Of a stretch of 64,000 nt of DNA, positions 20,102-30,434 are shown piece after piece (position 1 is the stretch's first letter; each line of letters begins with the position of its first letter). The notes below the pieces were generated by a model. The model saw nothing but the letters and a program-made list of their open reading frames with translations, was not told the DNA's origin and made no database searches. The DNA is from a bacterium (GTDB lineage Bacteria; UBA8248), in the NCBI GenBank assembly GCA_965219955.1, contig OZ244799.1:2656001-2720000 (forward strand), given 5' to 3'. The position numbers and the translations under genes are program-made.

Positions 20102-20340
20102 AGGCCTCCCGGGATTTTAATCACGAATGGGGACGCGACCCATTCATCCTGATTTGCGGCGGCGCTGCTTCATGGGGCGAGAATACGCCGTTCGCCCCTG
20201 AAAGTCATGGCGTCCGGCGCCGGAGCGGTTCAACCCCGCCATCGACTTGACGGAGCATGACGAGGCGGGATAAGGCTCGGGAACATCAACGCTCCGGCCT
20301 CACCCTCTTACCGAACTCAAGCCGTGAGGAGATACGACCC

Positions 20341-21363
20341 ATGCAGATAGGCCTCCGTATCGGACCCCAGAACGAATTCACGCCGATCCCGGAATATCTG
20401 AAATTCGTGCAGCGCGCGGAAGCGCTCGGCTTCGACCCGCTGCTGTTCTCCGACACGGTTTCCCTGTCGCACTTCCACCTGCGCGATCCCTTCGTCGTCA
20501 TGGCGCTTGCCGCCGGGGCGACCGGGCGCGCCGGGATTGGAACCGGCGTGACCGTCCCCTTCATCCGGCACCCGGCGGTCGTCGCCAACGCGTTCGGGTC
20601 GATCGATGACGCGATCGCCCCGCGGCGCACGTTCCTCGGGATCGGCTCCGGCGATACGGCGGTATACCTGCTCGGCAAGCGCGCCGCCCGTCTGGCGGAA
20701 ATGCGGGAATACCTCTCCGCAATCCGGGGGTTGCTGGACGGCGAGCCCGTAACCTACGAGGGTGCGCGTATGCGGTCCAACTGGCGGAAGCCGCACGTGC
20801 CGATTTGTCTCGCTGCCGACGGGCCGAAGATGCTGGCCGTCGCCGGAGAACTGGCCGATGCGGTCATCCTCGGAGCGGGCGCGACGCCCGAGGTCATCGA
20901 GTGGGCGCGGGGCTGCATCGCGGAGGGTGAGGCGCGCGCCGGCCGCGAACCCGGCCACGCGCCGATCTGGTTCGATTTCATCGTCAGCGTCGGCGAAGAC
21001 CGCGACGCGGTTCGCCGGGCGATTCGGTCGCGCCTGTGCAACCGGGCCAATCATAACTTTCGCATGGGCTTCCATGCGGTGCCGGAAGAGCACCTTCCCG
21101 ACGTGCAGGCATTTCGCGAGAATTATGACGAGAGCGATGTAGGCCACAAGACGAAAAACGCAAGCCTCATCACCGATTACATGGTGGACCGCTTCGCCGT
21201 CGTCGGCACGCCGAACGACGTCGTCGCCCGCTTCGAGACGCTGCACGAGATGGGGGTGGAGAAGGTCGTCGTCGCCATGCCTTTCCGGCTCGAAGAACGC
21301 TACGAAATTATCGAGACCCTGGCCCGTGAAGTCATGCCCCGCTTCGCGGAAACAGGCGCATAA
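20341..21363 (+). CDS. LLM-class oxidoreductase (Mer-like, possibly F420-dependent)
   Basis: RAEALGFD, IGTGVTVPFIRHPAVVA, LGIGSGD, AADGPKMLAVAGELADAV. Confidence 0.85.
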   Translation: MQIGLRIGPQNEFTPIPEYLKFVQRAEALGFDPLLFSDTVSLSHFHLRDPFVVMALAAGATGRAGIGTGVTVPFIRHPAVVANAFGSIDDAIAPRRTFLGIGSGDTAVYLLGKRAARLAEMREYLSAIRGLLDGEPVTYEGARMRSNWRKPHVPICLAADGPKMLAVAGELADAVILGAGATPEVIEWARGCIAEGEARAGREPGHAPIWFDFIVSVGEDRDAVRRAIRSRLCNRANHNFRMGFHAVPEEHLPDVQAFRENYDESDVGHKTKNASLITDYMVDRFAVVGTPNDVVARFETLHEMGVEKVVVAMPFRLEERYEIIETLAREVMPRFAETGA

Positions 21364-21529
21364 GCAGCGCACGACAAAAAAGCGGGCCGGCGTCATCACC
21401 CGGGCGGGCTTCTCGGAGGTTGTTGAAAAAGTCCTCCTCGCCCGGAATGGACCACTGCCGACGCGGCTACGGGCTTCTCCCTTGTACTCATTGCCAATCG
21501 ACGAGAGAGAAGAAAATCACTCCCCTCAA

Positions 21530-21935
21530 GGAGTTGTTGAAAAACCCCTTTCCGACCTTCGAGATTGTTCGCCGTAGGGACAGGCCTCCGTGCCTGTCCT
21601 CACGAAGGACAACCACGAAAGGCAGGACAGGCGCAGGGGCCTGTCCGCTACAGAACCACCGCGCCAGTCCGTAATCACTCCCCCCTTGAGGGGGAGTCGA
21701 AGAGGCCGAGCGTTTTTTGCGAAGGCCGATTCGGTGGGGGGTGAAACGCGTTTTATCGCCACCCGAATTATCCCCCCCACCGAGTCAGCCTTCACCTGTC
21801 GGTTCGGCTTCCTCGTCTGGCTTTCCCCTCGGGAAGCCAGACCCTCAAGGGGGGAGTGATTCCTTTCTTCTCGGTTGCCGATGACTCTCAAGGGGAGAGT
21901 GGTCCCCCTCTCCTCGGACTTCCTCAACAGCCCCC
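21530..21935. mobile_element. MITE-like TIR element with TCAA target duplication, carrying REP cargo
   Basis: CCCC-TCAA-[GGAGTTGTTGAAAAA ... TCAACAGCCCCC]-TCAA-GGGAG; interior holds a GTAG-REP pair (21574-21650) and a cruciform element (21676-21858); another TIR-like end at ~21417. Confidence 0.7.
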
Positions 21936-22098
21936 TCAAGGGAGGTGGTATTCCAGTCAAGCCGGGCGGTCCCCTCATGGCCGATCCCCCGCCGCTCTTG
22001 CCGAGACAGCCCAAGTGGAGTATTTCATGGAGGCACGAGCACCCATATCGGTCGATTCCGCAATTTCAGTTGTTTTTCCTCGAATGGAGGTCTTCGCC

Positions 22099-22884
22099 TT
22101 GCCCATCATCACGAACGAGACGAAAAGAAAATCCTACGCCGGTGAGGTCACCCTGGGCGCGGGCGTACGCATGGCGCGAACGGTGGAGGTCGGCCTCGCC
22201 ATGAAGGCAGCCGGCTTCGACTGGCTCTTCATCGATCTCGAGCACGGACCCTTCGACCTGGAAACCGCGCAGCAGATATCCATCGCCGCCCTGACGCAAG
22301 GGATCACGCCGCTGGTGCGCGTGGCGTCGCTCGACGGACACCTGAGCACGCGGATTCTGGACTCCGGCGCGCAGGGCATCGTCCTACCGCACGTGAACAA
22401 CGCGCAGGAGGCCGCCGAGTTCGTGAAAATCTGCAAATTCCCGCCCGAGGGCGGACGCAGCGCGGGCGGAGGGCTGGCCCACGGCCGCTTCGAGGCCATC
22501 GACGCAGCCGGGATGCTGAGCGGCATCAACGACGAGACGCTGCTCGTCGCCATGATCGAGACGCCCGAAGCCGGCGATGAGGCGGACGCCATCGCCGCCG
22601 TGGACGGGATCGACGTGCTGCTCATCGGCACGAACGATTTGAGCACGGGCATGGGCATCGTCGGCCAGCACGACCACCCCCGGGTCAACAAGGTATATGA
22701 CCAGGTGAACGCCGCGTGTCAGAAGCACGGCAAGATAGCGGGCATGGGCGGATCCTATGATCCCGAGATGATCGAGCGCAGAATCAAGGAGGGGATGCGC
22801 TTCATCCTGTCGGGCAGCGACTTGAACTTCATGATCGCAGGCGCCAGGGCCCAGGCGGGCATGATTCGCGAACTCGCGGGCTGA
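22099..22884 (+). CDS. HpcH/HpaI aldolase family protein
   Basis: AGFDWLFIDLEHG, RILDSGAQGIVLPHV, MIETPEA, IGTNDLS; TTG start after GGAGG. Confidence 0.9.
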   Translation: MPIITNETKRKSYAGEVTLGAGVRMARTVEVGLAMKAAGFDWLFIDLEHGPFDLETAQQISIAALTQGITPLVRVASLDGHLSTRILDSGAQGIVLPHVNNAQEAAEFVKICKFPPEGGRSAGGGLAHGRFEAIDAAGMLSGINDETLLVAMIETPEAGDEADAIAAVDGIDVLLIGTNDLSTGMGIVGQHDHPRVNKVYDQVNAACQKHGKIAGMGGSYDPEMIERRIKEGMRFILSGSDLNFMIAGARAQAGMIRELAG

Positions 22885-22929
22885 AATTCCAATTTCCATT
22901 CGCAATTTTCATGATAACGGAGAGAGAAA

Positions 22930-23772
22930 ATGAAACTGCTTACCTATGAATCGGATACGGGGCCGCGCGTCGCCGTCTTGACGGAAAACGGCGTGGAGGA
23001 CGTCGTCCCCCGGACGGGCGACGCGGCGGAAGTCATCGCCCGGGGCGGAACGCCCGAGACCAGCGGCGAGCCGGTGGCGTTCGAATCCATCAAGATGCTC
23101 GCGCCGGTGGCGAAACTCGCGCGGCCCGTCATCGCCGTGGGCCTCAACTACAAGAAACACGCCGATGAGGGCGCGCGCAAATACGGACGCCCGGTGGGCG
23201 TCTACCCCGAGATTCCGGTGTTCTTCTGCAAGTGGCCGGGTTCGCACAACAGGCCGGACGGGGAGATCATCCTCCACTCCAACGTGAACGAGTTGGATTA
23301 TGAGTGCGAACTCGTCATCGTGATCGGCAAGGAGGGGATCAACATCCCGGTGGAAGACGCCATGGACCACGTATACGGCTACACCATCATGAACGAGGTC
23401 TCGGCCCGCGACGTGCAGCGCGCCCACGGCCAGTGGTTCAAGGGCAAGGCGCTCGACAGCTTCGGCCCGCTGGGGCCGTGGATCGTCACCAGGGACGAGG
23501 CGGGCGACGGGAACAACCTGGCCGTGACCACGCGCGTGAACGGGCAGACGCGGCAAAGCTCGAACACGAACGACATGATCTTCGATATCGCCACCGTCGT
23601 CTCGGTGCTTTCGGAGAGCTTCACGCTCGTGCCCGGCGACATGATCGCCACCGGAACGCCCGAGGGCGTGGGCTTCGCTATGGATCCGCCGGGGCTCCTC
23701 AGCGTGGGCGACGTGGTGGAGTGCGAGATCGAAAACATCGGCGTGCTCAGAAGCACCGTCACCGCGCCGTAG
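22930..23772 (+). CDS. Fumarylacetoacetate hydrolase family protein
   Basis: VGLNYKKH, LDYECEL, GYTIMNEVSARD, WFKGK, GDMIATGTPEGVG. Confidence 0.93.
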   Translation: MKLLTYESDTGPRVAVLTENGVEDVVPRTGDAAEVIARGGTPETSGEPVAFESIKMLAPVAKLARPVIAVGLNYKKHADEGARKYGRPVGVYPEIPVFFCKWPGSHNRPDGEIILHSNVNELDYECELVIVIGKEGINIPVEDAMDHVYGYTIMNEVSARDVQRAHGQWFKGKALDSFGPLGPWIVTRDEAGDGNNLAVTTRVNGQTRQSSNTNDMIFDIATVVSVLSESFTLVPGDMIATGTPEGVGFAMDPPGLLSVGDVVECEIENIGVLRSTVTAP

Positions 23773-23900
23773 GGGGGTTGGTTTTCCAGTCAAGCGGGGC
23801 GTTCCCTTTCGCCGGAACGACGAGCAAAACCGCGTTCATCCGTAGGGGAAACCCATTCCCTGCTTCCGGGGGCTTTTTCAACAACCACTCCCCCCCTTGA

Positions 23901-24304
23901 GAGGCCTGTTGAAAAAGCCCCTCGATGCAGGAAAACCACCGTCATTCCGGCGAAAGCCGGAATCCATTTTCGCCTTTCGTCTTTGATCGTTATTCCGGCG
24001 TCAGCCCCGCTCGGGGCGGGAGAGAATGCGAGGTTCGGAGCCGATGAGGGCGGATACGTTCAGGCGTTTGATTGCGGCTTTGTCCGAGCATGAATCAATG
24101 CGAAAAGCAAAAGTCAAAATGGATTCCGGCTTTCGCCGGAATGACGAACAAAACCACGCCGCCTCACCCTGAGTAGCCGCCGAAGGCGGCGTATCGAAGG
24201 GCGCTCCCCTTCGAGAATCTCAGGCCCGGCTTCCGGCTCTCCCTCGTCCCTCGATACGGCGCGCAAGCGCGCCTACTCGGGATGAGGGGGTTTTTCAACA
24301 GTCC
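23901..24304. mobile_element. MITE-like TIR element with TTGA target duplication, carrying REP cargo
   Basis: CCCCCC-TTGA-[GAGGCCTGTTGAAAAA ... TTTTTCAACAGTCC]-TTGA-GGGGGAG; interior has the GTCATTCCGGCGAAAGCCGGAATCCA inverted pair (23941-23966 / 24120-24145) and a CCCTGAGTAG...TACTCGGGATGAG pair. Confidence 0.75.
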
Positions 24305-24384
24305 TTGAGGGGGAGTGAATCCACTCTACTGAATTGGGAAAGACCTCAAGGGGGGCGTAATTTTCCTCTCTCGCCGATCGAACC

Positions 24385-24885
24385 TTACGTCAGCGTCAGC
24401 TTGAGGTAGGGCACGAGGCCGCCCGCCTTCACCATGTCCATGATGTGATCGGGGAGGGGCTCGGCCTGGAGCGTCTCGCCCTTGGTGAGGTTCTCGACCC
24501 TTCCCGCGATGGGATCGACGCGGACGCGGTCGCCCTGCTCAATCGATTCCGCGTCGGCGCAGATGAGCACGGGCAATCCGATACACAGCGAGTTCCTGAA
24601 AAAATTCCTGGCGAACGTCCGCGCGATGACGGCGCCCACGCCCGCGTGCTTGATGCCGCGCGGGGCCGTCTCCCGGCTCGAGCCGCAGCCGAAGTTCCGC
24701 CCGCCGATGATGACGTCGCCCGACTGCACGTTTTTCGGGAAATCGGGGTCGATGCCCTCCATGGCGTGCGCGGCCAGTTCCTCATCGGGCAGGCTCGCGT
24801 ATTTGGACGGCATGATGTAGCCCGTATCCACGTTGTCGCCGAACACCCAGGCGCCGCCCTCGATGGTTTGCGTTTCGCTGCTCAT
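24385..24885 (-). CDS. leuD: 3-isopropylmalate dehydratase / homoaconitase small subunit
   Basis: WVFGDNVDT, GRNFGCGSSRE, FARNFFRN, GGLVPY; ATGA overlap with the large subunit; substrate not determinable. Confidence 0.85.
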   Translation of the reverse strand: MSSETQTIEGGAWVFGDNVDTGYIMPSKYASLPDEELAAHAMEGIDPDFPKNVQSGDVIIGGRNFGCGSSRETAPRGIKHAGVGAVIARTFARNFFRNSLCIGLPVLICADAESIEQGDRVRVDPIAGRVENLTKGETLQAEPLPDHIMDMVKAGGLVPYLKLTLT

Positions 24886-26147
24886 GAGATGAACTCCCTC
24901 GGGTCGGCCACGCGGCCCTTGACGGCGCTCGCCGCCACGGTGGCGGCCGAAGCCAGGTATATCGACGCCTCCGCGCTGCCCATGCGTCCCTTGTAGTTGC
25001 GGTTGGCCGAGGAGATGCACACCTCCCCGGCTCCGAGTTGTCCCGGCCCCCGGCCCGCGCATACCCCGCAGGTGGTGGGCAGGAGCACGCCGCCCGCGTC
25101 GATGATCGCGCCGAGCGTCCCGTCGTCCATGGCCTTGCGCATGATGTCCTTGCTGGCGGGCGCGATGAGAAGCTGCATCCCGTGGGCGACCCGCCTGCCC
25201 TTCAAGACCGCCGCCGCCGCCCGCAGGTCGAGGAGCTTCGCCCCCGTGCACGAGCCGATGTGCGCGCGATGGAGCGGCGGCGAGTCCACCTCCTCGACCG
25301 GCGATACGTTGTCCATCCTGTGGGGACACGCCACCTGGGGCGACATATCCGACACGTCGTATTCATACGATGCGGCGTAGGCGGCGTCCGCGTCGGAGGA
25401 AAAGGCCTCCCAGCCTTCCTCCACCCCTGCGTTCGCCAGATACGCCGCCGTCGCCTCGTCCACGTCCATGATGGCGCTCTTGGCGCTGAACTCCGCCGCC
25501 ATGTTCGAGAGCGTCATGCGGTCCTCGACGGGAAGCTGCATGAGCGGCTCGCCCGAGAATTCGAGCACCTTGTACTCCGCCCCGTCGACCTTGAGGTCCT
25601 TGAGCGCGCGCAGCACCATGTCCTTGCCGTACACGCCTTCGGGAACCCGGCCCGTGTAGTGGACCCGTATCGTCTCGGGCACGCGGAGCCATACCTCCCC
25701 CTTGGCAAGCACGCCGATGCTCTCCGTCGGGCCTATCGCCACGCCCAGCGCGCCGAGCGCGCCCGTGTTGGTGGTGTGGCTGTCGGTGCCCGTGACGAGC
25801 GCGCCCGGGCGCACGAAGCCCTTCTCCGCCATCAGGATGTGGCAGATGCCCTCCGCGTCGTAGAAATGGGAGAGTTCCTGCTCGGACGCCCAGGCTCTCG
25901 TGACGTTCAGCACCTTCGACTGCGAGTCGCCGGTGGGCGGGTTGTGGTGGTCGGCCGTGAGCATGAAGCGATCCTTGTTCCAGATGGGAAGTCCGAGTTC
26001 GGCGAAGTCCTTCCCCATGCGGAACGGCCCCTGGTTGTCGTGCATGACGTGGGCGTCGACCTTGGCCCATACGATGTCACCCACGTCCACGCGCTCGCGC
26101 CCGCTGGCGCGGGCCAGGATTTTCTGTGTAGCGGTATCCCCGGACAA
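24882..26147 (-). CDS. leuC: 3-isopropylmalate dehydratase / homoaconitase large subunit
   Basis: HD, DH, GICH, GTDSHT, IGSCT, CGVC, NRNYKGRMG motifs; substrate not determinable. Confidence 0.85.
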   Translation of the reverse strand: MSGDTATQKILARASGRERVDVGDIVWAKVDAHVMHDNQGPFRMGKDFAELGLPIWNKDRFMLTADHHNPPTGDSQSKVLNVTRAWASEQELSHFYDAEGICHILMAEKGFVRPGALVTGTDSHTTNTGALGALGVAIGPTESIGVLAKGEVWLRVPETIRVHYTGRVPEGVYGKDMVLRALKDLKVDGAEYKVLEFSGEPLMQLPVEDRMTLSNMAAEFSAKSAIMDVDEATAAYLANAGVEEGWEAFSSDADAAYAASYEYDVSDMSPQVACPHRMDNVSPVEEVDSPPLHRAHIGSCTGAKLLDLRAAAAVLKGRRVAHGMQLLIAPASKDIMRKAMDDGTLGAIIDAGGVLLPTTCGVCAGRGPGQLGAGEVCISSANRNYKGRMGSAEASIYLASAATVAASAVKGRVADPREFIS

Positions 26148-26251
26148 AGAGGCTCTCCTTCAGATGAGGGGATGCGAAAACGCGACAGTCTTGTATACTC
26201 GCCTTGTCGCACACTATCGGACGCGAAGCAAGACTCGGGCGCGAGGACGAA

Positions 26252-26857
26252 ATGGCCGAAGACAAGCAAATCGACCGCAAGGCGTTCTTCAAGGAGGGCC
26301 CCCTCTCCTTCATGCGCGCCTTCATGCAGGGGGTGCACCAGGGGGAAACGAGAATCCAGCCCTCGAACCTGGAAGGCCCCGTTCTGCGCCCGCCGGGCGC
26401 GGCGGCGGAAGCCGATTTCCTGGACCTCTGCACGGGCAGTGCGCAATGCGCGCTCGCGTGCCCTGCAGACGCCATCCTCATGCTGCCCCGCGAGGACGGC
26501 TCGGGCTTGGAAGCCCCCCGCATCATCCCCGTGGACGGGGCCTGCGTGGTGTGCGACGACCTCTCCTGCATGAAGGTCTGCCCCACGGGCGCACTCACCC
26601 TCGTGCCGCGCGAGGAGATTCGGGTGGGCCTCGCGGAAGTGAACCACGAGACCTGCTACGCCTGGAACGGGACGGACGAGGAATGCAACTTCTGCGTGAC
26701 GCGCTGCCCCATCGGGGAGAGCGCGATACGGGTCGAGGAGCGAGAGGACGGAAAAGGCCCCGTCATCGGCGAGACCTGCGTGGGCTGCGGCACCTGCGAG
26801 CAGCACTGCCCCGAATACCCGGGCGCGGTGCGCGTGTTCCCCATCCAAACTTCCTGA
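26252..26857 (+). CDS. Multi-[4Fe-4S] ferredoxin (NapG/MauM-like)
   Basis: LRPPGA, CTGSAQCALACP, CMKVCPTGAL, CNFCVTRCP, CVGCGTCEQHCP. Confidence 0.85.
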   Translation: MAEDKQIDRKAFFKEGPLSFMRAFMQGVHQGETRIQPSNLEGPVLRPPGAAAEADFLDLCTGSAQCALACPADAILMLPREDGSGLEAPRIIPVDGACVVCDDLSCMKVCPTGALTLVPREEIRVGLAEVNHETCYAWNGTDEECNFCVTRCPIGESAIRVEEREDGKGPVIGETCVGCGTCEQHCPEYPGAVRVFPIQTS

Positions 26858-26915
26858 AACGGAAACGCCCGAAAAACGCCCGTGCCCTGCCCCGGACGGG
26901 GAACCCGGCTCAAGC

Positions 26916-27413
26916 GGGGGCTGTTGGAAAAGGCATCCTCATCCCGAGTAGGCGCGCTTGCGCGCCGTATCGAGGGACGGGCATGCGCCCTTCGATACGC
27001 CGCCTTCGGCGGCTACTCAGGGTGACGGAAGAAGGGTTTGTGGTGGACACGCAGGGTGAGGGGCGCGGTGGATTCGCCCCTCGGGGCGGAAGCGCGGGTC
27101 CGCCCCTGCGAAGGGTGTGGTTTTGTTCGTCATTCCGGCGAAAGCCGGAATCCATTTGCGGATGCGGACGAATGAACGACGGCGTTTCATTCCCCGCCGA
27201 TGCGCGGGAACCCTGACGAAAAGCAAAAGGCGTAAAAATGGATTCCGGCTTTCGCCGGAATGACGGGTGTTGTGATCTCTCCGGAAGGGTGTCGTAGGGG
27301 CGCTTCGTGAAGCGCCCGTTTCTCCGGCAAGGGCCGTTCTCGAACGTGGGCCGTTCACGAGAACGGCCCACTACGGAACAAACCTCTCCCTCATCGGACT
27401 TTTTCAACGGCCC
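26916..27413. mobile_element. MITE-like TIR element filled with three REP-like families
   Basis: GGGGGCTGTTGGAAAA ... TTTTTCAACGGCCC ends; inverted pairs at 26938-27025, 27129-27154 / 27239-27264, and GTAGGGGCGCTTCGTGAAGCGCCC ... GGCCCACTAC (27294-27374). Confidence 0.7.
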
Positions 27414-27416
27414 GGA

Positions 27417-27917
27417 TCAGGAGAATTCCTCTTTCAGGATCTCGTGGATGAACCGCTGGACGGCGAGGGGGTAGTACCGGATGTCCGGCGTGCGGACGAC
27501 GGCGGTATCGGTGGTCTCCAGGCGCGCGAGTTCGTTCAGCACCTTCTCCACCAAGACCTCCGGGCTCCACTCGTGGTGGGTGATCTTGAGGTGTTCGTTC
27601 TCGATGTTGAAATTGCCCGCCGCCACGGCGGGGAACGCGAACACGCGGCCGATGAGGTCGGAATCCATCATCTCCGAATCCTCGAAAATTTCGCCGAACG
27701 TCTTCTGCGCCTCGGCGGGCGTCCACACCAGCTTGGGAGAGACCAGCAGCTTGCCGGATATCTGGACCGAGCCCGCCTGCTCTTCCACCTCGGGGCCCAG
27801 CACCCGGTAGCCGAGTTCGTGATAGCCGGACACGATGCCCACGTAAGGCCGCTGGAGGATGCGTATCTCCTCGTTCACCTGCCTGTGGAAATCGCGCTGC
27901 ATGTCGTCGTCGAACAT
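27417..27917 (-). CDS. Hypothetical protein
   Basis: Host-like codon usage; GGAGA SD before ATG 27917; co-oriented downstream of hemY. Confidence 0.7.
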   Translation of the reverse strand: MFDDDMQRDFHRQVNEEIRILQRPYVGIVSGYHELGYRVLGPEVEEQAGSVQISGKLLVSPKLVWTPAEAQKTFGEIFEDSEMMDSDLIGRVFAFPAVAAGNFNIENEHLKITHHEWSPEVLVEKVLNELARLETTDTAVVRTPDIRYYPLAVQRFIHEILKEEFS

Positions 27918-28041
27918 CGAAACGTCTCCGCTGGGAACGAAAACCAAAAAACGCAGGCAGCCGTTGATACCAAATGCCGCTGCGCCGGGTCAAACAAAGC
28001 GGGACCACGGACGCGCCTCTTCTCTATTCTCTTCTTTTTCC

Positions 28042-29478
28042 TCAGGAATTGATAGTCCTGAGATCGCCGAGAATCTTCTCCGCCGCTTCACCCGCCGATT
28101 TCACGCAATCGGGAATCCCGACGCCCCGGTAGGCGTTGCCCGCGAGAGCGAGACCCGGCGTCGCCTCAATCGCGCTTTCCATGCGTTCCACCTTCTCCAA
28201 GTGGCCCACCAGATAATGCGGCAGGGATTCCTCGTAGCGGTAAAAACGGCTCGCCTCGGGTTCTCCGGTGATCCCCAGAATCGGGCGAAGCTCATCGATC
28301 AGCCGCCGGGTCAACTCTTCATCCGAAAGCCCGGCCCGGGAGGCGGCCTCGCCCCCGGCGAAGGCGCGGATGAGCACTTTCCCACCGGGCGCTCTGCCCG
28401 CGAACTTGGTGCTCGAAAACGAGCACGCGAGGAGGGTCTTGTTCTCTATCGCCGGCACGACGAAGCCCATCGCGTGGAGCGGATTCGCCACCTGCCCGGC
28501 CCGGCAGACGAGGTTTAGCGTCGCCAGAGAACCGCTCGGGATGCTCATCAACTCTCCCGAGATGGCGGGTGCTGCTTTCTCCAGCATCCGCGCCGCCGCG
28601 CGGGGCGGCAGGGTGACGCAAACCGCGTCGGCGTCCACCTCCTCTCCGTCCTGCAGGCGAACGCGCCAGCCTTGTTCTTGTCTCTCTAACGCTTCCGCCC
28701 GGCATCCCAAGCGAACCGAGACGCCCCCAATCTTCTCCGCCAGGGCGTCCGCCAGGGCGCCCATGCCGCGCGCGAAACTCACGAACAGGCCGTACCGCGG
28801 CCCGCTCGCCGAGACGCCCTCGCCCGAAACGCGCCTTTGCATCCGCTTCCTGAGTCCCAGGATGAGGCTCCTGTGCTCGCGCTCTATCTCGTGGAACTGC
28901 GGCATGGTGGCTTTCAGGCTTAAAGTTTCAGGGTCGGCCGAATAGATGCCCGCCACCATGGGCTGGGCCATTCTTTCCAACGCCTCGCGCCCGAAACGCC
29001 TGCGCACGAAATCGGCCAGGGATTCATCCGCATCCCCGCGCCTTCCGGGCAGCAGCACGTCCATCGCCATCCTGAGCTTGCCGAGCGGGCTGAAGACAGG
29101 ACTCATCAAGAACGGGCCGATCTGGTATGGCGCGAGAAGGTAATATCCCTGGGGCACGGGGAGCAGTTCGTCGCCCCTTAAGACGAAGCTGCGGCGATGG
29201 CGCTCGTTCGTGCCGATGAGTTGTTCCCCGAGCCCCAGTTCCTCGCACAGCTCGACGCCTTCGGGTTTCGAGGTGAGGAAACAATCGGGGCCTTTCTCCA
29301 TCAGGACGCCGTCTGCGAACTCGGTCTCGATGACGCCGCCGAGCCGGGAAGACGCTTCGATGAGATGAATATCCAGAGAGAGATTCTGCTCTTTGGAAGC
29401 CTTAAGGAGCCGGTAGCAGGCGACAAGCCCCGTAACGCCTCCGCCGAGCACGACCACCCGCCGGGTTTTTGCGGTCAA
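28042..29478 (-). CDS. hemY: HemY-type copro-/protoporphyrinogen oxidase
   Basis: VVVLGGGVTGL, EASSRLGGVI, EKGPDCF, AGNAYRGVGIPDCV; TTG start overlapping the hemH stop. Confidence 0.93.
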   Translation of the reverse strand: MTAKTRRVVVLGGGVTGLVACYRLLKASKEQNLSLDIHLIEASSRLGGVIETEFADGVLMEKGPDCFLTSKPEGVELCEELGLGEQLIGTNERHRRSFVLRGDELLPVPQGYYLLAPYQIGPFLMSPVFSPLGKLRMAMDVLLPGRRGDADESLADFVRRRFGREALERMAQPMVAGIYSADPETLSLKATMPQFHEIEREHRSLILGLRKRMQRRVSGEGVSASGPRYGLFVSFARGMGALADALAEKIGGVSVRLGCRAEALERQEQGWRVRLQDGEEVDADAVCVTLPPRAAARMLEKAAPAISGELMSIPSGSLATLNLVCRAGQVANPLHAMGFVVPAIENKTLLACSFSSTKFAGRAPGGKVLIRAFAGGEAASRAGLSDEELTRRLIDELRPILGITGEPEASRFYRYEESLPHYLVGHLEKVERMESAIEATPGLALAGNAYRGVGIPDCVKSAGEAAEKILGDLRTINS

Positions 29479-30434
29479 TTTCCGCTCTCCGCCATCTTCG
29501 CGCGCACCAGGTCCGAGAGCATCCCGATGAAGGCGGGGTGCGTGCCCACCGTGGGCGCGCGGTAGAAGCGTAGCCCCGCCTCCTCGGCGGCCTCGCGCGC
29601 CTCGATATCGAGATCGAAGAGCACCTCCACGTGGTCGCATATGAAGCCGACCGGAACGAGCAGGACGGCCTTTGCGCCGCCGGCGGCGCTTTCGATCACG
29701 TCCACCACGTCCGGGCCGAGCCAGGTGCCGGGAGGAACGTCCGGGCTGCTTTGAAAGCCGACCTCGTAGCCCGGCAAACCCAGCTTCTGCGCCGCGAGAG
29801 CCGCCGTCTCGCGGAATTCCTCCTCGTAAGAAGAGGCCTTCGCCATGGAAACGGGTATGGAGTGGGCGGTAAAGATGACTCTCACTTCATCCAGTCCCTC
29901 CTCTTCGGGGAGGGCCTGCCTCATCCGCTCGGCGACGGCGTCGATGAAGCCCGGATGCGTATGCCAGGGCATCTCCAGGAACTCGGTCTCGGGCGCGTCT
30001 GCGCCCAACGCCTCGCGCGCCGACGCGACGGCGCCCCGGTAGGCCTCCCAGCTTATTTTCGTGCGGTGAGGGGCCAGTATGACGCCCAGGGCGTGCCTGA
30101 GTCCGCGCCTGCCCATCTCGGCCAGCGTCTCTTCCACGTAGGGCGTCCAGAAGCGATAGCCCGTATAGACGGGAACGCCCGCGCCCGCTCGTTCGAGCGC
30201 CATCTCGAGTGCGCCCGCCTGTTTCTGGGAGAAAAACGTGAACGGCGAGACGCCGCCGAAATGTTCGTAGTGCGCGGCCACCTCTCTTATGCGTTCGGGG
30301 CCGCCCGACCTCTGTCCCACGATGCCCTCCACGTAGCAATACGCCTCGCCCGGGCATTCCTCGTAGCGGCGGCAGCAGCCCCGCGTGGGGCCGCCGAAGC
30401 CGATCATGATGACGGAATCGAACGGGACTTTCAT
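29475..30434 (-). CDS. hemH: Ferrochelatase
   Basis: GFGGP, HYEHFGGVSP, IFTAHSIP, FQS, WLGPD, PVGFICDHVEVLFDLDIE. Confidence 0.92.
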   Translation of the reverse strand: MKVPFDSVIMIGFGGPTRGCCRRYEECPGEAYCYVEGIVGQRSGGPERIREVAAHYEHFGGVSPFTFFSQKQAGALEMALERAGAGVPVYTGYRFWTPYVEETLAEMGRRGLRHALGVILAPHRTKISWEAYRGAVASAREALGADAPETEFLEMPWHTHPGFIDAVAERMRQALPEEEGLDEVRVIFTAHSIPVSMAKASSYEEEFRETAALAAQKLGLPGYEVGFQSSPDVPPGTWLGPDVVDVIESAAGGAKAVLLVPVGFICDHVEVLFDLDIEAREAAEEAGLRFYRAPTVGTHPAFIGMLSDLVRAKMAESGN

